64,000 nt of DNA from the human T2T-CHM13v2.0 reference genome, Homo sapiens: the NCBI RefSeq assembly GCF_009914755.1, contig NC_060945.1. One strand, written 5' to 3'. A program made the position numbers and the translations under genes. A model generated the notes under the pieces. It saw nothing but the letters and a program-made list of their open reading frames with translations. It had not been told where the DNA came from and did no database searches. Of this stretch, positions 28,275 to 42,270 are shown one piece after another; position 1 is the first letter of the stretch; each line of letters starts with the position of its first letter.

Positions 28275-31196
28275 TTAGATCATATTATATTAATATTTTT
28301 ATATATAATAATTATTATTAATATTAAAAGCTTATCATCGGTAGCCTAAGTAGTTTTGTCTACTGAAGAAATACCTTAAAACCTGGTCACCATCAGAATG
28401 TTTTGTTCCACATTTTAAAAATCTGAAGTCTCTCTTCTCACTATCTCTCCAAGTTGGAAATATATTGATCTCAGACAAGATGACATTTAAGTTGCTAAAT
28501 ACGTAAAGCAAGAAAAGACATTGATGATATTTAAGAAAGCCAAGAAGAGAAATGTATATATTAAAAAAAAACTTTGTAAAGCCATATGTTGTCAGAGTCC
28601 TACAGAAACTTTGTCTCTATTCCCAACATTAAGGGCAAATGGAGAACCGAAAAGTCCCTTTTGTAAACAGGCCACCTAAGACAGGTGATTAATGCCAAAA
28701 GTCCTAAAATGACCAAAGGTATTTCAAAAACACAAAATCAAACATGGCTAACAAAAGGCTGAAAACAAAGTTAATGAACAGAGTAAATGGAATTGGAAAT
28801 TGCTACTAATTCTGAAAACAGTTTGCCTACTTTTCTACTTAGTCATTCAATTTTTAAAATTCACCTTTAGCCAAATTCTTATTTCTTTTTGAAAACGCTA
28901 AAAATTATGTGGTACTAATAAAATGTTTTAAATATATTAACAAAACGTCAATGAGTAACATGTGATGCTTTAGCACATCTTAATTTACAGGTCACTGAAA
29001 GAGATGAGCTGAAACCCGCATGTGTTTTGCCAGGATTGCTGGAGAACCTGAATAGTTAAGGGAAAAAACCTGCATTCCAGACTGACTCAGGAACAAGACT
29101 GACTAGATTTGATCATTACTGCAATTCAGTGACAGATAGATGGGAGGGTTCATTTTACTATTCTTTCTACTTGTACATATGCTTGTAATTTTGCATTTAA
29201 AGCACTGAAAATTTAAATAAATACATTTAGTCCAGAGGAAACAGCCAGGTTTCTAAATTTATAACTGCATGTGAAAAAGGAAAAAAAAAAAAACCCAGAT
29301 CCAAATTGTGTCTGCATGACTGCAGCTAGCATATATGAATATATACATGAAACAGAGAATCAAATGCTCTATACCAAATTGTTTCAGAGATAGCCTATCT
29401 TGTATATTTTCATCGTCTCAAAGCTTTTCCATACCAGTCCCTTTTTCAAAGAACATATCCAAGAAGAAAGTAAGAAAAATGTCATAACTGAGGGTTTCCT
29501 AAGTACCAGACATCACTGCAAATGTTTTATGTGTAGCACATCATAATCCTGAGTTAGTAATTACTCCAATTTATTTAAGATGAAACTAGAACAACTAAAA
29601 TCGATGCCATTTCTAAGCATTCAAAGAGTATATTAATCATAAATTTTAAACTACTCGGACTTAGGCATATAAACCAAGACAAAGCATGTCCTAGACAATA
29701 TATACTTCTGTTTCTGGATTTCAATGACATTCTTTAAATTTTCCTGGAATACAAAGAAATATCACATCTTAAACTATTCTCAACAAAAATTCTTTTAATA
29801 ATGAGGAATACTGAAAATACAATCTCTAACTTAATTGAGAAAGAGAACTGGAAAACGAAAACGTTCTCTGCTTGCAACTTAATGAGGCGCTGAGAGGCAG
29901 CGTGCAGCTGATGAAACGCTACTGCAATAATGGGAGGTATCAGCATGCTATGTTTCCAAATGATGGCCTTATGTAAAAGCAAAGGCGGTAAAATGCTGCA
30001 GGGCGTTAGAATATTTCCCAATAATCTGGCCAAACTCTGCTTCTGACATTCTATATAAATATATTGTTATATCCACACTTTCATACTCAGAGTTGGAAAA
30101 TCCTGTCAAAGAACCTTGTTTGATAGATAAGCTATTCTAATTTCAAAGTGTTGAATGAAAAACAAATTGTGGGTGGGAGGGAAGAGATGGGAGAGAAATA
30201 AAAATAAATAGGACAGGACACAATTGTGAAAACACAAGCAGATGTGTACACATAGCCTAGATTTTCCTATTCTCTCTTTCAATGTAGGGCTAATTTTCTT
30301 ATTTTAAAATATCCAAACTGGCTTCAACTTTTTAACCCTAGAAGAAATCCTACGGTCAGTAAAGCAATCCTTACATTTATACAGACCAGAAATGCATAAA
30401 ATATATCCACATATAGACAGCCTGATCCCTCCATTCAAAAACTGTCTCACTCAATATGAATTTGAGATCTTTCAAATTCCAAAACCACAATGTATACGTG
30501 CCTATGATTTGCCAATTTTCAGCCTACAAGGGTGAAGGGTGCCCATAGCAAAGTAATAATGGTCAAGAATGTACCAGACCTTCTACCATAGGATAATGTA
30601 TATAGTATACCTTCCAACTCGGTAAGATTAAAAAGACTACCTCTGTTGTTTGCTTTTTATTTAATTTTAATTTCATACAACTGTAGAATGGAAAAAGAAA
30701 GGTTGAGAAACAATTCGTGTCTGGGAATCCCATGTTCAGTTATGTATTTTAGAGGAGAAAGTTGGGCAAAGGAAATGGTTTTGCTCAACTCATCTAACAG
30801 GCAGTTTCTGCTTTGTGCAGGCACTGCTGTGCTTTGTTTGCTGATCCTGTTAATCTATAGATTAAGCAACTGTTCATTTAAAGCCAGAAGGTTAAAAAGG
30901 CAGAGAACAGATAATGTTAAATGGTGGGAAAGAAAACAGGAAAAAGAGAAAATACCCATAAACCAATAAAAGAGATGATAAAGCCACGTTCACCTAACTT
31001 TCCCAATTGGAAATCTCTGCCTGCATTTGAGGCTTAACCTGTTCAAAGTTCCCTCCAGAGACCTGCCCTGCAGTGTAAGTTACCAGAGACATCAACACCT
31101 TCAAGAAGCCCCTAGACCCTAGCCCCTAGCTCCAAGAAGTGCACTGCATGTTATTAAAAGAATAGAGAGGCTGGAAGAGCCTGTTTCAAGTTATCT

Positions 31197-31509
31197 CTTT
31201 TTTTTTCCTTTTTTTTTTTTTTTTTTTTTTTGGGATGGAGTCTCACTCTGTCGCCAGGCTGGAGTGCAGTGGCGTGATCTCGGCCCACTGCAACCTCGGC
31301 CTCCGAGTTCAAGCAATTCTCCTGCCTCAGTCTCCCGAGTAGCTGGGACTACAGGCGTGCGCCACCATGCCCATCTAATTTTTGTATTTTTAGTAGAGAC
31401 GGGGTTTCACCATGTTGGCTAGGATGGTCTTGATCTCTTGATCTCGTCACCAGCCCGACTCGGCCTCCCAATGTGCTGGGATTACAGGTGTGAGCCATGG
31501 CACCCGGCC
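31197..31509 (-). mobile_element. Alu (AluSc-like)
   Basis: gtcgccaggctgg, aggatggtcttgatctctt; TSD CAAGTT(A/C)TCTCTTT. Confidence 0.95.
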
Positions 31510-32135
31510 CAAGTTCTCTCTTTAAAAGAGGAAGAATAGTATGGGGACTCATCCAATTTCTTGTTTAACTGACAATATGTAACTCTTACAACACTTGCCT
31601 GTGTGTTTCTATCATAAAGTGAGGATATGGTTTAAGACTGTGAGGATACAGTCTAAGACTGAACAGGCAGCCTTCCTGGACTGCTCGGGTGACAAAGAGC
31701 AATGATGCCCTTAATACAGCACCTCAGGATATCATGAATGAGGGGATGGACAGGATGATCTCCCACAATGCTTTTCACACTATTATTTTGTAATTTGAAT
31801 TCCTTCTCTCCCCAATCTAATCTACTCTTGGAAACAAGCTAATTTTTCTAAAAGTGTCTTGACCAGAAAGCATTCATGCTAAAAATCTGCCATAGCTTCC
31901 ACCTATCTCCAGAATAAGACCCTCCAATTTGCAACCTCATTCTACCTTTGCAATTTTCTAAATTTTCTTCACAATTTAATTGTATTAATAGATTTATAAG
32001 GTCCTTATGGGCCAAGAATGGTATCCCGCCACTCAGCAACACCTGACACAAAAACCTAACAGTGCCCAATAAATATAGACTAAATTTGCCTGTATTAAAT
32101 TTGGGAAGAAATAGATTCTTGAGATGTAGAATTGA

Positions 32136-32500
<365 letters not shown>

Positions 32501-32720
32501 AAAACTATGGTTTTTAAAAAATTTCATTTCATCCCAAAGAAACAGGACAATAAAATCTAACAATTCTAACTTTTAGCCCCTGGTTTTAGAATATGTTTCA
32601 AGGGGAATATTATTTTTGTTTTGTTCTATTTATATTTATAAATTCCTCAGGCCAAAATTTTGGTACTATAATAGTTTATTAAAGCAAGTGGCCACTTTAT
32701 GCTGTTAAATGATGAATAAC

Positions 32721-33138
<418 letters not shown>

Positions 33139-33438
33139 TCAAAAGAAAATAACAACTCAACAGTCTACTGTGGTCATCTATGATTCACACAAACTACCCT
33201 AAACACTAAACAAAAAGAACAATATAAGGATTTTGCATGCTTAATGTGTTTGGAAGCATACTTTGTAATATTACAACCAAATATTTTAAGTCATACTATG
33301 GATTTATGACTTTACTATTGAATTATCATGGCCTTTGCATTTGAAGCGGATAAAAACAAACTGAAGGCAAATCTGGACTACACGCCAACATTCCACCAAC
33401 TCTTGCCTAAACATGTCTTTAGAATTCTGTCGATGGAA

Positions 33439-33732
33439 GGCTGGGTGCAGTGGCTCATGCCTGTAATCCCAGCACTTTGGGAGGCCGAGGCAGGTAAATC
33501 ACTAGAGTTCAAGACCAGCCTAGCCAACATGGTGAAACCCCATCTCTACCAAAATACAAAAATTAGCCACATGTGGTGGCGTGCACCTGTAATCCCAGCT
33601 ACTCAGGAGGCTGAGGCATGAGAATCACTTGAACCCAGGAGGCAGAGGTTGCAGTGGGTTGACATCATGCCACTGCACTCCAGCCTGGGCGATGGAGTGA
33701 GATCCCGTCAAAAAAAAGAAAAAGAAAAAAAA
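33439..33732 (+). mobile_element. Alu (AluSx/Sz-like)
   Basis: Full dimer with small deletion; TSD AGAATTCT(G/A)TC(G/A)ATGGA. Confidence 0.95.
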
Positions 33733-34020
33733 GAATTCTATCAATGGATAGAAATGGTCTCTGCAAAAGGAAAGTATAGGCTCCATTTTATGGGAAGCTC
33801 TCTCAGCATAAGCTGGATACAGAACTCCTGCCCATTACCGCTCCAATCTCTGTGCCAGAAACTACCATCCACAAGCATTTACCTAACGACGACTAGCGTG
33901 CTCTAGGTCAGAGCTAAGTGTTGGATAAAATCCACTGTAAGGCATGATCCCTAGAAATGTTAATTCTCACAACACTTTGGGTCTGTAGGGCTTTTGCCTA
34001 CAGAAGCCACAGTAGGTCTT

Positions 34021-34402
34021 TGTCTTAGCTCAAAATGCTGCCTTACTGTGAATGGCTTAAACAACAAAAATGTCTTTTGTCACAGCTCTGGAAGCTGGAA
34101 GTCCAAAACCAAGGTGCCAGCATGACCGAGTTCTGGTGAGGCCGCTCTTCCTTGCTTGCAGACAGCCACCTCCTTGCTGTGTCCTTATGTGACTTCTTCG
34201 TTTGAGCAGGGAGAAAAAGGCAAGCTCTTTGGTATCTTTTCTTATAAGGGCACTAGTTCCATCACGGGGGCACATACTCATGACCTCATCTAACAGTTAT
34301 CACCTCCCAAAGGTATCATCTCCGAATACCATCTCCGAATAGCCTGGGGTTAGGGTTTCAATATCTAAATTTTGGGGGAACACAAACATTCATCCCATAA
34401 CA
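34021..34402 (-). mobile_element. MLT1A-family MaLR solo LTR
   Basis: ggcttaaacaaca...ctggaagtccaa...aaggtgccagca...cttataagggcacta...gggggaacacaaacattca...ataaca; TSD GTC(T/C)T. Confidence 0.85.
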
Positions 34403-36654
34403 GTCCTCAATACATACTTGAAAAAAAAGGGGGGAAAAATCTCAAATGGTGCTAACACAAAATATTTTTTAAATGCATTGAAAGGCAGGTATTTGACCAA
34501 TGACTAGGCAGAAGCAAAACTATTACGATTGGGAAAGAGGAAAGAATACATAAGCACAAAGAATTTGGAAGACTTGGGATTAAACAAAGACTCAATTTAA
34601 ACCATAAGATCCAAGTTATCTTCTCAATCAAACTTTACAAGGGTTTATAACCAAGAGCAAAAATAAAAGACTGTGTTTTTACTTTTTCTCTTGAACCTTG
34701 CCCTTGACCAAAACCTGGATCAAAGAATCAAGGGCAAAAAAAACACTATGAATGATAACAACAAAACAACCCAGTAACACAAAATACAAATTCAGAGAAG
34801 CATGAGACTATGAAAGGAGCAGAGTAGATAATTCACAGTCAAAGTTATGTATTTATCATCATGTTAAGCTATGCACCAACATGTATACTGCAAAGCAATC
34901 CTTTGGAAAAACAAATTAAACAATGAGTTAAACTTGTGAGCAAAAAGTCAAAACGACGTGACGGTGATGAGTTCTGTTGGTTTTGTTCTATCCTAGGACC
35001 AGACTGTTAACAGCCACCTCAGACTTAGCCAGCTAGTTATCTCTAAAATATTTTGGTCATGAGAGACACAAAGTGAGAACGCAAAGTAAAAAATTCATCC
35101 ACCACTATTGGGAGAAAAAAAAAATCATTAAATGAGTAGCTCTGTCAATGGTAACTAATGGTTTCCACGCATTTTTTTCAAAAAAAAAAAAAAAAAAAAA
35201 GAAGAAGAATTTGCCCAATGACAGATACCAGAATACCGTGAATTTTCATGGTGCTGAATCAAACACCCATCAACCAGGAATTCTATACCTAATGAAGCAA
35301 TTGTTCAATAATAAGAAAAACATTGTTCAACAATAAGAATGATTAAGATGAAAGTCATCCAACAAAACGGAATCAAAATATTAATGTAATACAGGGTTTG
35401 AGATGATCTGATGAAAAGACTAGCTGTAAACAATGAGTCCAGTTAAAGACAGACCCTATGAATGAGAAGTATGGCAACAGAGGAGATGGTAAGATTATAA
35501 CTTTGAAAATATAAAAATAATACAACTTATAAAACCTGTGAGAAGGAAACGTGGTAACATTGTGAGAGTATTCTTTTCCTTGCCGTTCCTAGCAATGAAT
35601 CCATCAATACGGTTTAAAAAATAAAAACATGAAGTTAAAAAAAAAAGGCAAAACGAACACTTTCCAACACACGCATGAAAATCCAAGCCTACAAATGAGA
35701 ACTATTCATTATTTCTAATTATAAAAGAAAAACACCAGAATAGCTACAATGTGGAAAGTGGCAGGAAGATCCTGAAATATCTATAAAGAATGTTCTAGAG
35801 AATTCAAGATGCACAATTTGAAAGAAAATGTCAACACTGTCTAAAACTTCTGAGTGAACTTGTCTCCCCTGCCACCTGCTCAATACTCCCCAAAAAGCCA
35901 CTTAAAATCCTAATGCATGATGCACTCCCTCACCTCGCCCTGTCCAGCCTACAAGCCTTTTCTAATCCATACCCACTGTGTTGCAGCACTGGGGTCATTC
36001 TTCTATTTTGCCCATGCCATTCCTCATCCCTCTTCTGGCAACAGCTCCTCTCCCCACATCACACGGCCACACCCACAAGGCCAAGATGGGCTAGTCCTGA
36101 TACTGAGTCCCTGCAGATACGGTGGTGGCTCCAAGGGCAGACGTGTAACTCAAAGCAGTGCCAACCAGAAGCACTCCCTGATAATGCCCATGGGCAGAAC
36201 AAAGTTGGGATGCCAAACCAGGACTAACACTACCAGAGGTCGTGGCTACCAACATCCCTGGTCTCCTTGAGGACACCCATCTTAGCAGGAGAAAAGGAGT
36301 AAACACACAGCAGGAAGGTAAGCAGAAACAAAAGAGACCCTAATGGGGAAATTCTAGGCAGTACTGACCCTCGGTTCCAGCACCTAGGGATCTCATTTCT
36401 GTGTACATTTTTAAGAAATTGGGTAAGCATCCCCCACACTACGATCCTTCCCATCAGTGGGAGAAAATATTCTCCATATATAAAATACAAATTGTTTAGG
36501 GGGTTTTTATCACCTGGCAAAAGAAACTGCCTAATTAACCCACCCTATCTCCCCATTCTTCCTCAGAAAAGGAGATGTTCCCTCCCCTTTCCAAGACCCA
36601 GGCAATCACATATCCACTGGATCTCCTTTCTGCCTAGTTCTTACAGAACTGAAT

Positions 36655-36752
36655 ACCATAGTCATAGCTTACTGTAACCTTGTACTCTTGGGCCCAAGCG
36701 ATCCTCTCACTCAAAGCGCTGCGACTACAGGTCTGAGCCACGGAGCTCGGCC
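36655..36752 (-). mobile_element. Tailless Alu-monomer/7SL-derived fragment
   Basis: Minus strand GGCCGAGCTCCGTGGCTCAGACCTGTAGTC...GAGGATCGCTTGGGCCCAAGAG...AGCTATGA; flanked by direct repeat CCTAGTTCTTA. Confidence 0.7.
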
Positions 36753-38247
36753 AAAACCTAGTTCTTAAGAGATACCTGCAACTAGTGCTTAGGATGGGTA
36801 TCAGTCCTTCCCACAGTTTAGTTTAAGCTTCCTTAGGCCCAAATTCCTTCCATTTAAAAATCAAAATCACAAAGCCTTTCCTTTTGTCTTCAATGACCTC
36901 AAAGCTTTTTGCCTCTAGGTCTTTCCTCCAGGAGTCCACAGCTGACTCACCATTGACCCACGTTGTTTTTCCTGCAATGGACTACAACGTAACTTCTCCC
37001 CATGCTATTCCACAGGGTCAACAATGACCTTCTATTTGCCAGATCCTAACAATGTTTTGTCACACACACATACAAATGTCCAAAAACAAGATATGAGCAA
37101 AAGAGATTGCTGGGTGTCCTAGCATTGAAATGCAGGTGTTGTCTTGCAGACCCTGAGGGTGGCGGGGAAAGGATTATCTGATTCTACAGCATGTTCCTCC
37201 AGTTGACTTGCTACTAAATAAGCTATTTTACGACTTACACCCTTAAAATTCTTACACCCTTATTACTTACATCCTTACAAGCTATTCCACACCCTTAGAG
37301 CTTTGTAAAGATGGATACTGCAGACACCCCATAGCAATGCAAGTGTTCCTGTACCATGGAAATAATTTGACGATATTCCAGATAATTCCAGATGATTCCT
37401 GTTCATAGCCATGCAACTCAAGTGTGCTGGGGAAGGAATTTTAAATCTCTCCAAGTCAAAATGAACCATTTTTCACATCTTACAGTTCATCTCATTAATG
37501 AATTGAATAAAATATTTGACATGTGTTCAGTCTGCATGACAGACATGATTTTACCATGTCAAAAACTACACTTCAACTGCTTTCCGTTTGCATCATGCTT
37601 GCACTCTTATCTTTCCCCTCATTTAGAAATTTACATGGCTTGCCTTCCAGCATGTAACGCCTCCTACTTCCTATCCTATCTCTCTGGCCACTGCTCATCT
37701 CCCTCATGGGGAATCGTCTCTCTTTGTTTGCCTTCAATGCTGCAATTCCCCAAGGTGCTTTCCTTCGGTTCTTCTCCACAGGTGTCACTGAGTGGGTAAA
37801 ATGAGTGCAAGTACTTAGCATAGTAGCTGACCCTTTGTGACCCTTTGTGAATGCTCAATGCTGATGGTATTAGTGTCACTGTCACCATGTAGTTTTTAGA
37901 TTGCTAAAATTATGATTTTACAAGCTTTTCTCCCCCTTTGAAGAACAGGCCCTGTGTTCTGTTCATCAATGCACCCTTAGTATCCAAAGACATTATGTCT
38001 GAGGAGGAAGAGAGCACCACAGGGTTCTAGAAAGGCATATAATCATCTTACATCCAAATGTATTTAATGAAAGATGTATTTAAAAGGACCCCAAACAAGC
38101 CTTGTTCCCTGACTTGCAACATGCAGTGAAGTTCTGGTTGAAGGTATGGAGGGACTCATTTCTACCTCCCTCTCCCACTTGCCAGATCATGGGATCTAAG
38201 ACCCTTACAGCTCAGAGTCACTGGTGGCTCGGGATAGCACAGAGAAC

Positions 38248-38582
38248 AGCACTGTTCCACGGAAACAGAATGCAACTGCCTATGGAACCTCAATTTCCTC
38301 ACTGCCACGTGAAACGTCAAAAGAAACAAGTGAAATCAATTTTAATCACATAGTTACAACTCAGTAACATTTATGATGTATTTAACAACATATTCAAAAC
38401 ATAACTATTTCAATGTTAAACCTATATAAAAATGAATGTGATCATTTTACAGGTTTTCTCACATTATATCTTTGAGATACGGTATCTATCTTACACTTAT
38501 AGCACACATCAGTTTCCACTAGCCACATTTCAAGTGCCAAACAACCACATAGGGCCAGTGGCTACAGTACTGGACAGCACAC
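38248..38582 (+). mobile_element. MER33 (hAT-Charlie) relic
   Basis: aaaagaaacaagtgaaatcaattttaat...ctagccacatttcaagtgc...agtggctacagtactggacagcac. Confidence 0.75.
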
Positions 38583-38715
38583 GGCTAGAGGCTGCAGCAT
38601 GGCAGTCTCTGGGAGAACGAAGATATATGGTAGGGGACATAGTGATAAAGCAAGAAGGTGATTTGTTTAAATGCAAATCTACAATCACTCCTCTTCTCTG
38701 AAAAAATAAAGTCTA

Positions 38716-39031
<316 letters not shown>

Positions 39032-39326
39032 AAAAAATAAAGTCTAGTGACTTCCTGTTGCTACAAAATAAAGCCCAAATCCATTAAAATGGCTCACAAG
39101 GTATGATGTTTTGGCCCTTTCTTACTTATGGCGCCTAATGTTGAAGAATCTGGCTGGTGTGTATCATCCAACAAGACTTCCGTGGGTGGGTGGTAGGCAG
39201 AGGACAGATAATACCAGAATTGCAAGAGGAAGGTGACAGCAAAGGGCTAATTCTCCCCACTCATGGTGGCCACCAACAATCTGGTAAAGTCCAGAACTGG
39301 GAAGAACCACTCTGTGCTCAACCCTT

Positions 39327-39726
39327 TGATACAGTTTGGCTCTGTGTCCCTACCCAAATCTCATGTCGAATTGTAATTCCCAGTGTTGGAAGTGGGGTCT
39401 GGTGGGAAGGGATTGGATCATGGGGGTGGTTTCAATGTTTAAGCACCATCCCTCGAGTGCTGTCCCGTGACAGTGTTCTCATGAGATCCGGGTGTTTGAA
39501 AGTGTGTAGCACCTCTCCCTTCACACTCTTTCTCTTTCTTGCTCTGGCCATGTGAACATGTGTCTTCTTCCCCTTCACCTCCTGCCATGATTCTAAGTTT
39601 CCTGAGGCCTCCCCAGCCATGCTTCCCATACAGCCTTTGGAACCGTGAACCACTTAAACCTCTTTTCTTTATAAATTACCCAGTCTCAGGTAGTTTATTA
39701 CAGCAATGTGAGAACAGACTAATACA
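39327..39726 (+). mobile_element. MSTA-family MaLR solo LTR
   Basis: TGATACAGTTTGGCTCTGTGTCCC...AAACCTCTTTTCTTTATAAATTACCCAGTCTCAGGTA...GACTAATACA; TSD CCCT(T/G). Confidence 0.9.
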
Positions 39727-40270
39727 CCCTGGGACAAACAACAGGCTAAGACAGAAAGTAAAGCTACCCAGGCATTAGTAGGATCTCTAAGTGAAACGGG
39801 AAAAGAGGGGTGTTCCTGGGGTCAAGAAGAGTAATTTTTGTATGGCCACCATACAAATGTGAAAACATCTGGTTATTCATACGTGAAACTAAGGGAAGAA
39901 AAACTTAGATGCAAACTATGACACATGTATCAAAATAGTCGATTCACCAGAAAAGGACAATTTGGTCAATGTCATAAACTAAATTTTAATTCTAGCCTTT
40001 AAAAAAAGTTTATTTGACACTCAGAATACATAGTCTGTATGCATATATCAAAAAAATGGTATCAAAAACATATAAGTATGCACAGAGTTCTGATTTATAA
40101 AATTTATAACTTATCTACACAATTGTACTACAAGAACTCTTCAGCAGAATGTAAATATTATTTCTAACATTGACACTTTATAAAAGTCACACCCAGGCAA
40201 AAGCTGATTTATTATCAATCCATACTTAGTAAATCAGCACACAGAATGTTCTTGTAAAAATACATATAAT

Positions 40271-40575
<305 letters not shown>

Positions 40576-41564
40576 AAAAATACATATAATGAACTTAAGT
40601 ATTAGTGATTTCCACTATTCATCATTTCACATCATGGTTCATACTCCTTTCAAGATAAAAATTACTTAATATGTAATATATTGTGATAATGTAGATGCTT
40701 TTTGCTTCTCAAAACACCAATTAGTAATTAGAGCTTGTCCTTTCTTAAACAGAGCGCTATCAAAACAAATTAAACCTTTTAATAATAATAATTTTAGTAT
40801 TTACAATTTAAAATAAAAGGATCTCAATAGAATAGTAATATTAATTAAACAACAAACATTCATTATCCAAGTAGGCTAAAGAAAAATTTCTAGTACAAAA
40901 AGGATTACAACAAAAGAAAATGTTGCCAGGCTATCTGCTGTTTATAATGAGTGTCGAGAATTCTGCTTTGCCAACAAGCATAAGACTAATTACTTCTAAT
41001 GTTCTTAAGATGCAGTCACATGCAGAGATAACTATCTAAGAAGTGTGAGATAAAATGCCTGGAACTCCAGCTATTTTAAATTGAATAAGAAAGGAGCACC
41101 CTGTATAGTAACAGCAAAAAGACTACAAAGAATTAAACAAAAATGAAGATCTCCACGAAATGACAAAGGATGATTTCCAGGATACAAAGTTAAGTTAAAA
41201 AAAAAAAAAAAAAAAAAAGCAAAGTGCAGAACAGTGAACTTTGTACTTTTTTTGTACAAGAAGGAAAAATATGTATTTTCTTTTGCCAAAAAAATAAATC
41301 AGGAACAATGAAAATGTTTATCAATAGAGAATGAGTGAAAAGTGAGCTTTCTGAGTATATTTCATAGAACTAACATGATAGTCAAAAAGTAAAATTAATA
41401 AGGGAGGAAAAAACCAAACTATAATAGAATACAAACAGATACAAATGAACTAAAATATGTATCAAGCTGGTAACAGAAAAAAATTAATGCTAGCACTTTT
41501 AACCAAAAGACCTTGACTGTAGAGCCGTGGTGAGATATATACTGAAGATGAAAGGAGTGTGGAG

Positions 41565-41859
<295 letters not shown>

Positions 41860-41997
41860 TTAAACTACTGTTTAGTGATGGTCATAATACGACATCATAA
41901 TTTTAAAAACATTTATATGTATATCATAGGGTAATGCAAATAAATATATTAATGGTATGGTGAATCATTAGGAACCAAGATTTTTACTGTAGGGTTA

Positions 41998-42270
<273 letters not shown>

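Noticed and set aside
37392-37799. Longest ORF in the window (135 aa)
   Set aside because: No recognisable domain; antisense to APP; length expected by chance in 64 kb.
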